A program made the translations under genes and the position numbers. A stretch of 20,000 nucleotides of DNA, taken from positions 458,948 to 478,947 of the forward strand of contig ML992509.1 of assembly GCA_010093995.1 (NCBI GenBank), given 5' to 3'. Source of the DNA: Elsinoe ampelina. Taxonomy: Eukaryota. Shown piece by piece: positions 19,769 through 20,000 of the stretch. Below the pieces are notes generated by a model, which saw nothing but the letters and a program-made list of their open reading frames with translations, had not been told where the DNA came from and did not search any database. Numbering within the stretch: position 1 is the first letter of the stretch; every line of letters begins with the position of its first letter.

Positions 19769-20000
19769 TACCCCTTTACTAAATAGCTATAAGGCTATTA
19801 TAGCTAGTTAGTAGACTACTAACTCGAGGGATAGCTATTATAAGAAGGCCTTATACCTTCTAGGTAGCAATAGCTTAGTTAATCCATTAGCTAAGGTATC
19901 TACTAATAGTGTCTATGTTACTAAGATAGGGCTAGATAGATCTCTAGCTAGATTAATCTCTTGTCTTAGCTAGTAATAATAGATATTAATATAATAAAGA
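19509..20000 (-). mobile_element. RIP-mutated Ty1/copia LTR retrotransposon, 3' end (RNase H C-terminus about 19999-19808, PPT about 19779-19769, 3' LTR 19768-19509); continues beyond the window
   Basis: Minus frame reads LYYINIYYY*LRQEI...*TLLVDTLANGLTKLL.PRRYKAFL**L. Reversing C>T/G>A changes gives the copia RNase H signature LRHIDIHHHWLRQE...W...D.LADGLTKPL. Purine tract AAAGGGG abuts the LTR. The region is very AT-rich, TpA-rich and CpA/TpG-poor. Confidence 0.88.

Noticed and set aside
1..20000. Secondary-metabolite cluster, prokaryotic defence system, CRISPR array, tRNA or rRNA
   Set aside because: No PKS/NRPS/terpene synthase core gene, no repeat-spacer array and no RNA-gene structure seen. 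The genes are spliced and functionally unrelated housekeeping types.

Overview
Gene-dense eukaryotic DNA from a filamentous ascomycete (Pezizomycotina-type: short 48-64 nt GT-AG introns with CTRAC/CTAAC branch points, RIP-mutated repeat). It holds about 12 protein-coding genes, mostly in head-to-head pairs: NEDD8-specific protease (5' partial), branched-chain aminotransferase, sphingolipid C9-methyltransferase, tyrosine phosphatase (3' end in a 195-nt N gap), Eis1-like eisosome protein, STK19-family protein, Hsp20 with a heat-shock element, secreted class-3 lipase, an uncharacterised membrane protein, SDH2, a HAD hydrolase and a small orphan Cys-rich/coiled-coil gene. The right end is the RIP-degraded 3' end (RNase H, PPT, 260-bp LTR) of a Ty1/copia retrotransposon that appears to have inserted into an orphan ORF. 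I see no clear multi-gene novel system. The most unusual signals are five abrupt C-rich to G-rich skew flips inside genes, an atypical Zn2Cys6-like orphan, a possible mitochondrial presequence on the Hsp20 and a stop-free 3n intron. All family assignments come from motif recognition by eye, not database searches.
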